From contig CM075991.1 of NCBI GenBank assembly GCA_038087875.1, positions 1,178,001-1,242,000 on the forward strand: a DNA stretch of 64,000 nt. Direction: 5' to 3'. The notes under the pieces were generated by a model that worked only from the letters and a program-made list of their open reading frames with translations, did not search any database and was not told the DNA's origin. The position numbers were made by a program, and so were the translations under genes. This document shows, one piece after another, positions 51,640-63,799 of this stretch (position 1 is its first letter; every line of letters starts with the position of its first letter). The stretch comes from Malacoraja senta (taxonomy: Eukaryota).

Positions 51640-52225
51640 CACCTGTTCTAGGTGTGGACTCCCATATATCGGCGAGACCAAGCGCAGACTGGGCGATTGT
51701 TTCGCTTAACACCTTTTCTCAGTCCGCCTTGGCCTTCGCAATCTTCCGGTTGCCAAACACTTTAATTCTCCTTCCCCTTCCCATACTGACTTTTCTGTCC
51801 TGGGACTCCTCCACTGTCAGAGTGAGGCCAAATGCAAATTGGAGGAATATTTTGCTTGAGCAGCTTACAACACAGTGGCATGAAAATTGATTTCTCTAAC
51901 TTCAAGTAACCCTTGCTTTCCCTCTCTCTCCGTCCCTCCTCCACCTTTGTCATCCTACTAGTTTCACGGTTGTCCTGCTTAGTTTCACACTTTGTATCCA
52001 CTCATTATCACCTTCTCCACAGCCAACAATGGACCATTGTGGGCTCCACCTTTCCTTGATCATCGTTGCTGACGTTGATTTGCATACTATTCATTCTTTT
52101 ATTCTTTGTACTTTTTCATATCTCTATAATTTCCCTCCGTGTGAGGAAGGATCTCGACCCGAAACGTCACCTATTCCTTTTTTCTCAGATGTAACTCCCC
52201 GAGTTACTCCAACATTTGTGTCTAT
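51640..52225 (+). mobile_element. Penelope-like 3' fragment with pLTR
   Basis: YIGETKRRLGDCFA..PVAKHFNS; degenerate hammerhead at 52141-52168. Confidence 0.8.
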
Positions 52226-53515
52226 TTTCACAGTAAATAATCTGCTGTATGACTAGGTCAGATTAGGTTTATTATTGTAACAATAAAATAATTTTGTAAG
52301 CTATCAGATCAGATAATACCATACATAAATACAATCAAATCAAACTCATGTACAACAAAGGGAAGGATAAAGAATGCAGAACATAGTTCTCAGCATTGTG
52401 GCAGGTCAGATATCACTGGTTTAGCATTTGGCTAACCAGGTAATGCTTGCAGTGTTTTGGGGCCCCACTTCCCATTCTCCCTACCAGCTTACTGGGCCTA
52501 GTTTCTGCGTTACCATGGAACTTACCGTGTTGACTGGAACACTTATCATTCTATCGTGTAACATATATTTTTTAAAGATGCTGAGCTAAAAGAGTGCTGA
52601 AGTATGAATAGGAATAGCATCCAATGGTCTCAGCATCTACACTCAATCATTCCACTGCAACTTTGTTTCAGCTATTGATTGAAATTGGATTTTAACATTA
52701 GTTTCTAATTGCCCATGAGTCTGCTACTGTGAGGAATACACACGAGCATTTCACTTACCGATGTCAACTTATTAATCCATTTATCTTAAGTGCTCATGCA
52801 GTCGCAATAAAGATTTCATAAATAAGGAGGCAGTACTTTCCTCAAGTCCACAGCTTCTTTAAACATGAATTGATTTGCTTAGATTTTGGCAACCAGACTG
52901 CACCTGTGTATCTCTACTGTTCCCTACCCAGCTGCAGCTAGAAAGGCGATTCCTCGCGGTAACAGACCTGTGTGTAATTAGAAGCTAATGTTAAGATTCA
53001 ATTTCAATTAATAGCTGTAACCAAGTTGCAATGGAATGATTAGTTGAATGAAAATACTGAGACTATTGGATGCTATTCCTATTCCTACTCCAACATACTT
53101 TTAACAGCAAGAAAACAGCAGCACCAAAATATAATACTTCATTGGTAATGAACGAGAATGAAACCTCATGAACAAATTACATTCTTTTGATCTGTATCTG
53201 GCAAAAAGGGCTATCTTTTAAATGTCAACTTCCACTTTTGCCTAAATCCCCTTCTCTTTTCATGAACTCTCTTTTTCAACCTGCCTACTGTGTCACTAGG
53301 GTGCTTTAATAAAAAACAAGAATGAGCAGGGGCACACTTCTGGGTAATGAGATACAAGGTGCTGGGGTAACTCAGTGGGTCAGGCATCATCTATGGCAGA
53401 CATGGATAGTGACGTTTCTGGTCTCTTTTGGTAGCACAGTATCCGCAGTTTCTTGTTTCAGTACATCTTGGTTTCGAGAACTGGTTAGAACTAATGTTCC
53501 ATTTTCCTCTTCCAG

Positions 53516-53571
53516 ACGACAACATTGATGAGACATATGGAGTGAATGTGCAGTTTGAATCTGACGAGGAG
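53516..53571 (+). CDS. snrnp200: SNRNP200 exon 5
   Basis: (D)DNIDETYGVNVQFESDEE; CAG acceptor, GTGAGT donor. Confidence 0.96.
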
Positions 53572-53621
53572 GTGAGTGAAGTAGCTTTACAAATCAATTA
53601 CCCGTTACACTTTTGTCTCTA

Positions 53622-54520
53622 AGAGTCATAGTGATACAGTGTGGAAACAGTCTCAACCCAACTTGCCCAACATGTCCCAGCTACACTAGTCCCTCTACCC
53701 GCGTTTGGTCCATATCCCTCCAAACCTGTCCAATCCATGTACCTGTCTAACTGTTTCTTAAATGTTGGGATAGTTCCTGCCTCAACTACCTCCTCTGGCA
53801 GTTTGTTCCATACACCCACCACCCTTTGTGTGAAAAAGTTACCTCTCTGATTCCTATCAAATCTTTTCCCCTTCACCTTAAACCTATGTCCTCTGGTCCT
53901 CGATTCACCTACTCTGGGCAAGAGACTCTGTGCATCTACTCGATCTATTCTCCCCATGATTTTATACATCTCAATAAGATCACCCCTCATCTTCCTGCGC
54001 TCCAAGGAATAGTCCCAGCCTACTCAACCTCTCCCTATAGCTCAGACCCTCTAGCCCTAGCAGCATCTTTGTAAATCTTCTCTGTACCCTTTCTAGCTTG
54101 ACAACATATTTCCTATAACTTGGTGCCCAGAATTGAACACAATACTCTAAATGTGGAGTAAATGGCCTCACCAACATCTTATCAACTGTAACATGACCTC
54201 CCAACATATACTCAATACTCTGGGTGATGAAGGCCAATGTGCCAAATGCCTTTTTGAGCACCCTATCTACCAGCGACACCACCTTCAAGGAACCATGCAC
54301 CTGCGCTCCTAGATCCCTCTGCTCTACAACCCTCCCCAGAGCCTACCATTCACTGTATAGGTCCTGTCCATGTTAGACTTCCCAAAATGCATCACTTCAA
54401 ATTTCTCTGTATTAAATTCCATCAACCATTCCTCAGCCCAGCTGGCCAATCGATCAAGATCCCGCTGCAATTTTTGACAACCATCTTCACTATCTGCAAA
54501 ACCACCCAGTTTTGTATAAT
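53622..54520 (-). mobile_element. CR1 3' fragment
   Basis: PHLEYCVQFWAP, RGDLIEMYKI and FFTQRVVGVWNKLP. Confidence 0.85.
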
Positions 54521-55043
54521 CTCTTAGGTCAGGAAATTTGCTCAATGGAAAAATGGTGGGCAGGGAGAGCTAATCCATCCCATTCAATATTTGGAGGCTG
54601 AGAAATAAGGCATAATGGGATAATGCTGCTATTACAATGCTGAGTGTCTATGATTTGTGAGGTGGATGCAGCAAGGTTTCATGGGAAATAGACAGACCCA
54701 CTGAATCCTGGGGACATGGCAGATAAACTGTGAGAAAACAGTGTTGGTGTTCAAGAGACACTGAAAGTTAACCTGCATCTCTGATTCGGGCTGTGTCAGT
54801 AAGTACTCATCAGCTGTTCATTCCTGCTGCAATCGGAGATTGTATTCTATGATGCATCTAGACACCGCACATTGGCATAGCTGGTAGATTTGCTGCCTCA
54901 AGCCTATCCTAACCTGGATTCAATGCTGACCTCTGATTCTATATGTGTGGAGAGGAAACATGGGTTTCCTCCAGGTGCTCTGGTTTCTGTCCTCATCCCA
55001 AAGTCGTGTCAACTGGTACGTTAAATGGACACTAAAAATTGCC

Positions 55044-55170
55044 GTAGACACAACTCAGCGGGACCGGCAGCATCTCTGGAGAGAAGGAATGGGTGACGTT
55101 TCGGGTCAAGACCCTTCTTCAGCATTTTGTGTCTACCTTCGATTTAAACCAGCATATGCAGTTCTTTCCT
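55044..55170 (-). mobile_element. pLTR mini-element with intact hammerhead core (55095-55122) and 13-bp TSD
   Basis: TSD ACTAAAAATTGCC at 55031-55043 and 55171-55183. Confidence 0.8.
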
Positions 55171-55774
55171 ACTAAAAATTGCCATCTTGATTTACGAGGA
55201 TATTGAAGGTTTTAGCTATAAGAAGAGGTTGAGTGGGCTCGGACTTTATTCATTGCAGCACAGGAGGCTGAGGGTAATCTTATAGAGGTATATAAGATCA
55301 TGATGGGAATAGATAGGGTAGATGCACACTGTTTTAGTAGGGGAATGAAGAACAAGAGGCCATTGGATTAAGGTGAGAAGGGGAAGTTAATTGGAAATTG
55401 TGGGCAATTTGCAACTTTTTCACAACGGGTGTATGGTACGAGGTCACAGAGGGGGTAGTAAAGGCCAGTTCTATAACAACATTTAAAGGACATTTGGACA
55501 GGTACATGGATAGGAAAGGTTCAGAGGGATATGGGTTAAACACGGGCAGGTGGGACTAGTATAGATAGGACATCTTGGTTGGCATGGGCAAGTTGGTCTG
55601 AATGGCCTGTTTACATGCTGTATATCTCTGTGCAGGTGAGTGGTACAGACTAGGTGGGAGCAGTTGATTGGAATGTATGGAGAATAAAATGGGATAGGTG
55701 AAAATTGGTGGCCCAGTCTCAGTGAGCCAAATGCCGATTTCTGTACCCTGGCTCTGAAATGGGAACAACTGCAC

Positions 55775-56050
55775 TGTTTAGTTTAGAGATACAGTGTGGA
55801 AACAGGCCCTTCAGCCCACTGAGTCCACGCCGATCACCCATATACTAGTTCTATCCTACACACTCTAGGAACAATTTACAGAAGCCAATTAACCTACAAA
55901 CCGGCATATCTTTGGAATGTGGAGAAAATCAGAGTACCGTGAGAAAATTCACACGGTCATAGGGAGAATATACTCATTTCTACAGAGAGCACCTGCAGTC
56001 AGGATGAAACCCTGGTCTTTGGCGTTGTAAGTCAGCAACTCTACCGCGAC
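55775..56050 (-). mobile_element. tRNA-derived SINE (same family as 2227-2527)
   Basis: The reverse complement has GGTAGAGTTGCTGACTTACAACGCC and the tail CTGTATCTCTAAACTAAAC. A partial copy lies at about 62190-62375. Confidence 0.75.
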
Positions 56051-56167
56051 ACTACTGTCAGATTCTATGAAGATACATTTTGTAATGGTGGGTTTCTGAA
56101 ATGGGAAACCTTCTACAGATTGTTTAATTTGGCCCTTTTTCTGTTTTTTGTTCAATTTCTATTTCAG

Positions 56168-56266
56168 GAGGGTGATGAGGATGCATTTGGTGAAGTGCGG
56201 GAAGAAGCATCGGATGAGGACACAGAAGGCGAGGAAGCAGACATCAGCTGTACACTTTCTGCTAAT
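56168..56266 (+). CDS. snrnp200: SNRNP200 exon 6
   Basis: [36 protein letters not shown] acceptor, GTGAGT donor. Confidence 0.95.
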
Positions 56267-56585
56267 GTGAGTGTTGGCATAAATATTGTGTGGTGTGAGC
56301 ATGGGAAGAATGACCGGAGTAGTGGGGTCCTGAGAGGGAAGGTAGCTGTTTGGGATAATATTGTTTCCTTGCCCGATTCTGTTTTATTTATAAACGATGA
56401 CACGGTGTCAGGTTGAAGCAAAATCCCCACTGCACTTGAAGAGCAGCATTAATAAGAATGGCCATTCCAAACAAAAGTTGAGACTGGGGTTTGTGGTAAT
56501 TTGTATATAGTGCCTGTAATGAGTTGAGTCGAACATTGCCAATCTACAGTGCCATTGTTTAGTGAGCTGCCTTTGCTTTTCTCAG

Positions 56586-56738
56586 CTGGGTGCTGCTGGA
56601 GATGTGCTGAGTGCTAAGAAGAAAGACCTCCATCCCAGGGACATTGATGCTTTCTGGCTCCAGAGACAGCTCAGCCGCTTCTACGATGATGCCATCATGT
56701 CGCAAAAGAAAGCTGACGAAGTGCTGGATATCCTGAAG
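56586..56738 (+). CDS. snrnp200: SNRNP200 exon 7 (start of PWI-like domain)
   Basis: [44 protein letters not shown] acceptor, GTGAGC donor. Confidence 0.97.
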
Positions 56739-56790
56739 GTGAGCTCCAAACTGCTGGTAGAGTGCCCAGAAATGGGCATTGTATTCTATA

Positions 56791-57013
56791 GGTAGACAAA
56801 GTGCTGAAGAAACTCAGCGAGTGCAGCAGCATCTATAGAGCGAAGGAAATAGGCAACGTTTCGGGCCGAAACCCTTCTTCAGTCTGAAGAAGGGTTTCGG
56901 CCCGAAACGTTGCCTATTTCCTTCGCACCATAGATGCTGCTGCACCCGCTGAGTTTCTTCAGCACTTTTGTCTACCTTCGATTTTCCAGCATCTGCAGTT
57001 CCTTGTTAAACAG
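56791..57013. mobile_element. Palindromic double-hammerhead pLTR element with 11-bp TSD
   Basis: Arms 56790-56882 and 56884-56977; TSD TGTATTCTATA at 56780-56790 and 57014-57024. Confidence 0.88.
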
Positions 57014-57232
57014 TGTATTCTATATGTGGGCTTTTCTTTAGTTACAAGTGTCATCATTTTTAATTTTTGTATAGCATTTCCAAACTCATACATAAAATGA
57101 TCACTTAATGATATAGCTCACGTTGAATTTAATAGGTCTATTCATTTTATTCATGTTTCTTCATGGACATGCTGGGCTAAATGGCCATAACAAATTATTT
57201 TCCATCTTAGATATCTTGTGCTTCTGTTTCAG

Positions 57233-57332
57233 ACAGCCGGAGATGACAGAGAGTGTGAGAACCAGCTTGTGTTGCTTCTTGGTTTTAACACTTTTGACTT
57301 TATCAAAGTCTTGCGGCAGCATCGCATGATGA
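57233..57332 (+). CDS. snrnp200: SNRNP200 exon 8
   Basis: [36 protein letters not shown] acceptor, GTGAGT donor. Confidence 0.97.
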
Positions 57333-57531
57333 GTGAGTATTAAGATCTATGTTTGCATAATCTAAAATATACTTTAATCGTCTGTCTGCAGAAAACGTGA
57401 AGTCAGTTAATTCTTCTGTCACTTTAGTACAGCTTCGACCTGATACTCAGAAGCACACTAGCTTTCCTAGCTTCCAGTCATCAACTTAAACTAGAAGATA
57501 CAGCAGTACAACACAGGAACATGCCCTCCAG

Positions 57532-58501
57532 TGGCTTGTGCAGTGGCGGCGCCTAACGGCAGCGGCTCAACTACAGTCGTCCGTCTTTTTTTAAAATTTT
57601 TTGTCTTGTTAAATGTATGTCTTGAGCTTAGTTTTTTATTACTTTTAGCTGTGTATTTGTGGGGGGTGGAGGGGGGGGGTGTGGGGGAAACCGTTAGTCT
57701 CTTCCCTGTGCGGGGACCCGAGATTTTCCCTATCGGATCTCCAGTGTCGTTGGGCCTAACATCGTGGAGCCGGCGGGCCTGACATCGTGGGACCAACCTG
57801 AGCGCTCCAGTCGCGGAGCCTGCGGACCTGACATCGCGGAGCTGGTCGTCTTTGGAGCGGGAAGAGCTGTGGTGGCGCTCGGCTGCGACCCGACTTTGGA
57901 GCTTCGGAAGCTCCGGCTGCTGGCCCGGTGGACAGGAACATCGGGAGCTCCAGGTCTCTGGTGGGAGACGGCTTTCAGAGCTTCCGCAACGGCAACTTCT
58001 CCCGCTGGACGCGCGGGGTTTAAAGAACACGGAGCGAGGCCTAACATCGCCCGGTGCGGGTTAGCGGCCACGGGACTTACCGTCGCCCGCTGTGGGCTCT
58101 AACATCGGAGCCCCAGTTCGCCTAGACGCTGCAGGTGGACTGCTGCACCACGGGTTGGACTGCTTGAACCGCGGGGTTTAAAGGACACGGAGCCGGGGCC
58201 TAACATCACCCGGCGTGGCTAAATGGCCACAGGAGTTACCATCGTCCGCCGGGGGCTTTAACATCGGAGCCCCAGTTCGCCTCGACGCTGCAGTTGGACT
58301 GCTGGACTGCGGGAGAAGAACAAAGGGAAGAGATAAGACTTTGCCTTCCATCACAGTGAGGAGGTGTTGGAGATTCACTGTGATGGATGTTTATGTAAAT
58401 TGTGTTAAGTGTGGGTCTTGGTTTTTTTTGTAATGTAAAAAACTGTAGTAAATGATATTTCGTTCAAACCTAGGTTTGAATGACAATAAATAGCATTCCA
58501 T
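57532..58501 (+). mobile_element. Non-coding GC-rich non-autonomous retroelement with internal repeats and LINE-like tail
   Basis: Inserted into a CR1 tail with a TCCAG duplication; ends in TTCAAACCTAGGTTTGAA-TGACAATAAA-(CATTC)n. Confidence 0.65.
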
Positions 58502-58506
58502 TCCAG

Positions 58507-60635
58507 ACCACCATGTCTGCACCGAATATGATGCCAAGTTAAACTAATCTTCTCTACCTGCATGTATTTCATATCCCTCCATTCCCTGCGCCGTCTCAAA
58601 GCCTCCTTTGTGCCACTTTCATATCTGTTTCTATCACCACCCCTGGCAGCGTTTTCCAGGCACCCACCACTCTCTATAAACAAAAACATCGTCTTGAACA
58701 TCTCCTTTAAACATTCCCCCTCTGACCTTAACGCTATGTCCTCTAGTTTTTGACATTTCCACTTTGGGAATGAAGTTCTGACTCTCTAACCTGTCTATGC
58801 TTATAATTTTATTTCCTTCTGTCGGGTCTCCACTTAATCTCTGATATTCCAGAGAAAACAATCCTAGTTAATTCAACCTTTCCTTATAGCTAATAGCCCC
58901 TAATCCAAGCATCATTGTGGTAAACCTGCACCCTCTCCAAAGCCTCCAACACCTCTGTATTGGAAGACCAGAACTGCACACAGTACTCCAAATACAGCCT
59001 AACCAAGGTTCTACAAAGCTGCTTCATGACTTTCTGACTCTTGTACTTAATACCAGGACCGATTAATGCAAACATCCAGTGCATTTTCTATTCCATCCTA
59101 TCAACTTGTGGTGACACTTGCATATGGGAGCTATGGACTTGGACCCAAAGATTTCTCTGTACATCAATTTTGTTAAAGGTCTTGCCATAAACGTTCCCCT
59201 TACATTCAACTTTCTAATGTGCAACACCTCACACATGCTTGGATTAATCATCACCTGCAATTTCTCTGCCTGTTTCTGTAACTGACCTATATCCTGCTGC
59301 ACAAGTTCACACAAGTTATAGGAGTGGAATTAGGCCATTTGGCCCATGGAGTCTACTCTACCATTCAATCATGGCTGATCTCTGCCTTCTCCCCATAACC
59401 CTTGGCACCCATTCTAACCAAGAACTCATGAATGAGAAGCTCAGAATATTTATGAATGCAGAAGGGAAGAGCGAAGAACCCAGAACCCCTTGACATCGGT
59501 TCTAATCAAGAATTTGTCTGTCCCTCCCGTAAAAATATCCACTGACTTGGCCTCCACAGCGCTCTGTGACAAGGAGTTCCACAGATTAACTACCCTTTGA
59601 CTAAAGATGTTCCTCCTCACCTCCTTTCTAACAGAGCACCCTTTAATTCTGAGGCTATGACCTCTGGTCCTAGACTCTCCCACCTGTGGAAACATCCGTT
59701 CCACATCCACTCTATGCCTCTCATTATTCTGTAAGTTTCAATGAGGTCCGTCCTCAATCTTCTAAACTACAGTGCGTACAGTCCCAGTGCTGTCTAGTGC
59801 TCATCATATGCTCACCCACTCATTCCTGCATCCTTTGTCAGCCTTCCTCATCATCCGCATCTCCACCAATTTTGGTGTAATCTAGAAACCAATTCATCTA
59901 CATTTATGTCCAACCCCTCCCTATAGCTCACACCCACTGGTCCTGGCAACATCCTCGTAAATCTTTTCTGAACCCTTTCAAGCTTGGCAATATCTTTCCT
60001 ATAACATTGTGCCCAGCACTGAACACAATACTCTAAATACAGTCTCACTAACGTCTTATACAACTGCTACATGACCTCCCAACTTCTATACAATACTCTG
60101 ACTGATGAAGGCCAATGTGCCAAAAGCCTTTTTGACCAACTTATCTACCTGCGACTCGACCTTCAAGGAACCATGCACCTGCACTCCTAGATCCCTCTGC
60201 TCTGCAACACTCCCCAGAGGCCTACCATTCATTGTGTAGGTCCTGCCCTTGTTAGACTTTCCAAAATGCAACACCTCACATTTCTCTGTATTAAATTCCA
60301 TCAACCATTCCTCCGTCCACCTGGCCAATCGATCAAGATCCTACTGCAAACTTTCACAACCATCTTCACTGTCTGCAAATCCACCCACTATTGTATCATC
60401 AGTAAACTTGCTAATCTTGCCCTGTATGTTCTTATCCAAACCATTGATGCAGATGACAAACAGTAACGGGCCCAGCACCGAACCCCGAGGCACACACTAG
60501 ACACAGGCCTCCAGTCCGAGAAGCAACCTTCCACCATCACCATCTGCTTCCTTCCATGAAGCCAATTTCCAATCCATTCAGCTATCCTTGGATCCCATGC
60601 GATCTAACCTTCCAGAGCAGCCGACCTTGCAGAAC
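58507..60635 (-). mobile_element. Cluster of CR1 fragments
   Basis: LVRLYLEYCVQFWS, MEFNTEKCEVLHFG and FSQRVVNLWNSL. Confidence 0.8.
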
Positions 60636-61833
60636 CCATTCTTCTCTGCAGATCCTCTCAAGCTCTGTCAGGTTGGATGGGAAGTGTCAATTCACAGCTA
60701 TTTTCAGGTCCTTCCAGAGATGTTCGATCGGGTTCAAGTCCGGGCTCTGGCTGGCCCACTCAACGACATTCACAGACTTGTCACAAAGCCACTCCTGCGT
60801 TGTCTTGGCTGTGTGCTTAGGGTCGTGGTCCTGTTTGGAAGGTGAACCTCCACCCCAGTCTGAGGTCCTGAATGCTCTGGAGCAGGTTTTCATCAAGGAT
60901 CTCTCTGTACTTTGCTCCGTTCATCTTTCCCTCGATCCTGACTAGTCTCCCAGTTCCTGCCGCTGAAAAACATCCCCACAGCACGCTGCCGCCACCATGC
61001 TTCACACCACCATGGTATTGGCCAGATTGTCCAGACGTGATGTATGGCATTCAGGCCAAAGAGTTCAATCTTGGTTTCATCAGACCAGAGAATCTTGTTT
61101 CTCATGGTCTGAGAGTCCTTTAGGTGCCTTTTGGCAAATTCCAAGCAGGCTGTCATGTGCCTTTTAGTGAGGAGTGGCTTCTGTCTGACCACTCTACCAT
61201 AAAGGCCTAATTGGTGGAGTGCTGCAGATATAATTGTCTTTCTGGAAGGTTCTCCCATCTCCACAGAGGAACTCTGGAGCTCTGTCAAAGTGACCATTGG
61301 GTTCTTGGTCACCTCCCTGACCAAGGCCCTTCTCCCCCGATTGCTCAGTTTGGCCAGGCAGCCAGCTCTATGAAGAGCCGTGGTGGTACCAACGTTCTTC
61401 CATTTAAGAATGACGGAGGCTACTGTGCTCTTCGGGACTTGCATTGCTGCAGAAATTGTTCTATACCCTTCACCAGATCTGTGTCTCGACACAATCCTGT
61501 CAGAGGTCTAGGGACAATTCCTTCGTCTTTATGGCTTGGTTTTTGCTCTGACATGCACTGTCAACTGTGGGACCTTATATAGACAGGTGTGCGCCTTTCC
61601 AAATCATGTCCAATCAATTTAATTTACCACTGCTGGACTCCAATCAAGTTGTAGAAACATCTCAAGGATAATTAATGGAAACAGGCTGAACTAAGCTCAA
61701 TTTTGGGTGTCATAGCAAAGGATCTGAATACTTATGTAAATGTGATATTTCTGTTATGTGTTAATTACTTTGCAAAAATTTCTAGCACCTTTTTTCGCTT
61801 TTTCATTCTGGGGTATTGTGTGTATATTGATGA
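60636..61833 (-). mobile_element. Tc1-like (DD34E-type) DNA transposon, truncated pseudogenised transposase
   Basis: HTH region GEGYRTISAAMQVPKSTV; WSDETKIELFG, QDHDPKH and [11 protein letters not shown] motifs; frameshifts; start codon reads ATA; partial left terminal repeat at 61700-61833. Confidence 0.92.
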
Positions 61834-62594
61834 CCTGCGTGATGTTTCTGTTTTCTCAATTATTTAATTCAATGATTCAATAATGCTTTATTGTCACCTA
61901 TGTACAGTGAAATGCTTTGTTTTGCATACAACCCAGTTAAGGACCAATAACTTTTTCTAAGTCATAAAAGAAAATAAATATAAAAGATATGTAAATAGTT
62001 GATGTCGCTATCCATACCATTACATACTCTTTCTCCTTAAAAAATTCACTGCCAGTTGCCTAATTTGACACTGACATGGAATGGTGACTGAAGGTTTTCG
62101 CTGGAAGACAATTGACTTTGTTTCTTGTGACTTGAATGCTGGATATTTCCACGGCGCAGTCTTATCTCTTATATCTTGTAGATTTTACACTTTAGAGATA
62201 CAGTGTGGACATTTTTTTCCCGACCCATCGAGTCTGCGCCGACCAGCGATCACCCTCTGTACACTAACACTATCCTACGCAATAGGGTGAATTTTAACTT
62301 TTTTTTTTAACCAAATCCAATTAACCTACAAACCTGTACATCTTTGGAGTGTGGCAGGAAACCGGAGAAAACTCATGTGGCATTCTTTGTTTCTTTGCTG
62401 AAAGACTGGATGCAGTAAAAACATGCATGAGATTGCTGTTTGTAATTTTGACAAGTTGAGTAGCATTTAATTGTGAGTTCAGAGTGGTAATATACATTTG
62501 TCCAAACCCTTAATCTTAAATACTTTTCTGACACTACCACAGCTGTCCTACCCACCTTACGACTCACTGCTTATTCTCTGCTTTGTCCTGGTAG

Positions 62595-62731
62595 TTCTAT
62601 ATTGTACTTTACTGGCTAGTGCTCAGAGTGAGGCCGAGAAGGAGAGGATCCAGAGTAAGATGGAGGCAGATGCAGAGCTTTCCAAGGTTCTCTACAAACT
62701 TCAAGAGACTGAAAAAGAGGACATAATTCGG
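62595..62731 (+). CDS. snrnp200: SNRNP200 exon 9
   Basis: (I)[48 protein letters not shown] acceptor, GTAAGT donor. Confidence 0.96.
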
Positions 62732-62834
62732 GTAAGTCGCAGTGTAATTCCGCTCAGTGCCATCATCCGTTTTACAAACTGGAAGCTAAAAGAGTTTTGA
62801 ATTGTATTTATCAAAATGATATGTCCCTTTGTAG

Positions 62835-62918
62835 GAAGAAAGATCTCGCAGAGAAAGAGTTCGTCAGTCTCGTGTGGATACAGACCTTGAAGCAATGGAT
62901 CTTGATAGGGAAGGGGAG
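62835..62918 (+). CDS. snrnp200: SNRNP200 exon 10 (gene continues beyond window)
   Basis: [31 protein letters not shown] acceptor, GTGAGT donor; cumulative CDS is 1203 nt. Confidence 0.95.
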
Positions 62919-63799
62919 GTGAGTCTAGTTTAAGTGCGAATTGAAAACAACAATTGTGAAATGTCGTAGAAAATCAATTGAAGGAAAATGATTAAAAAAA
63001 TGCTAGTTAATTGAAAAAAAATTGTCTTACCCTAATGCAGGGGTAAGAATGGTTCTGTCCCAAACTAGTTAGGAAGAATATACAATTAGCCAGAGTTCCT
63101 GCTCGTAATTGCTATTGTGTGATTGTACTGCTGAGGTCAAGATGTGCATGCTGACTGGAAGTGGGAGTTTTGTTAACAATAGCCAGGAAACCAAGAGAAT
63201 TCTCAGCATTAGAAAGAAGAAACTAGTTATTGTTGGATGATCTGCTGAAAGCAACCAAATTATTGAATAGGTTGAAGAGTGTAAGCATAAGGTAAGATTA
63301 AAGGAAATAAATCTCTATTGCAGGTCCTCCTAAGTTACAACAGTGTTCTTTACCTGAGACTGGAGACTGCAGATGTTGGAATCTAGAACAACACACAAAC
63401 TCAATGGGCCAGGCACAATCTGTGGAGGGAAATGGACATTGACATCTCGACGTTTGGCCCAAAACGTTGTCTCCCATAGTTGCTGCCTGGCTCATTCAGT
63501 TCCTCTAGCAGTTTGTTGCTTCTATTCCTGAGAACTATTCGTAAAATGTAGGTTGGCAATATATTAGAATTAAAACATAGGACAATCTAGAGATTATGAA
63601 GTTAGACTTGGAGATTTAACTCAATCATTCAGATATTATCTCGAACCAAATTCCCACATGGCAGGAGATGTTGGGATTTGGTTCTGCCTACAGCAGTGGG
63701 CAGATCCATCCCACCGATCTCCCAAACGCTCGCTCGTATATGTGGCTGTGCATGAGTCAGTGCGTTTATAACTTGGGGCAGCCCTGCTAGAGAAGGAGC

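Noticed and set aside
52401..52450. Hairpin with internal loop resembling half of an H/ACA snoRNA
   Set aside because: No ANANNA or ACA box follows on the sense strand and there is no convincing second hairpin.
56761..56780. 8-bp stem with GAAA tetraloop after exon 7
   Set aside because: Too short to distinguish from chance.
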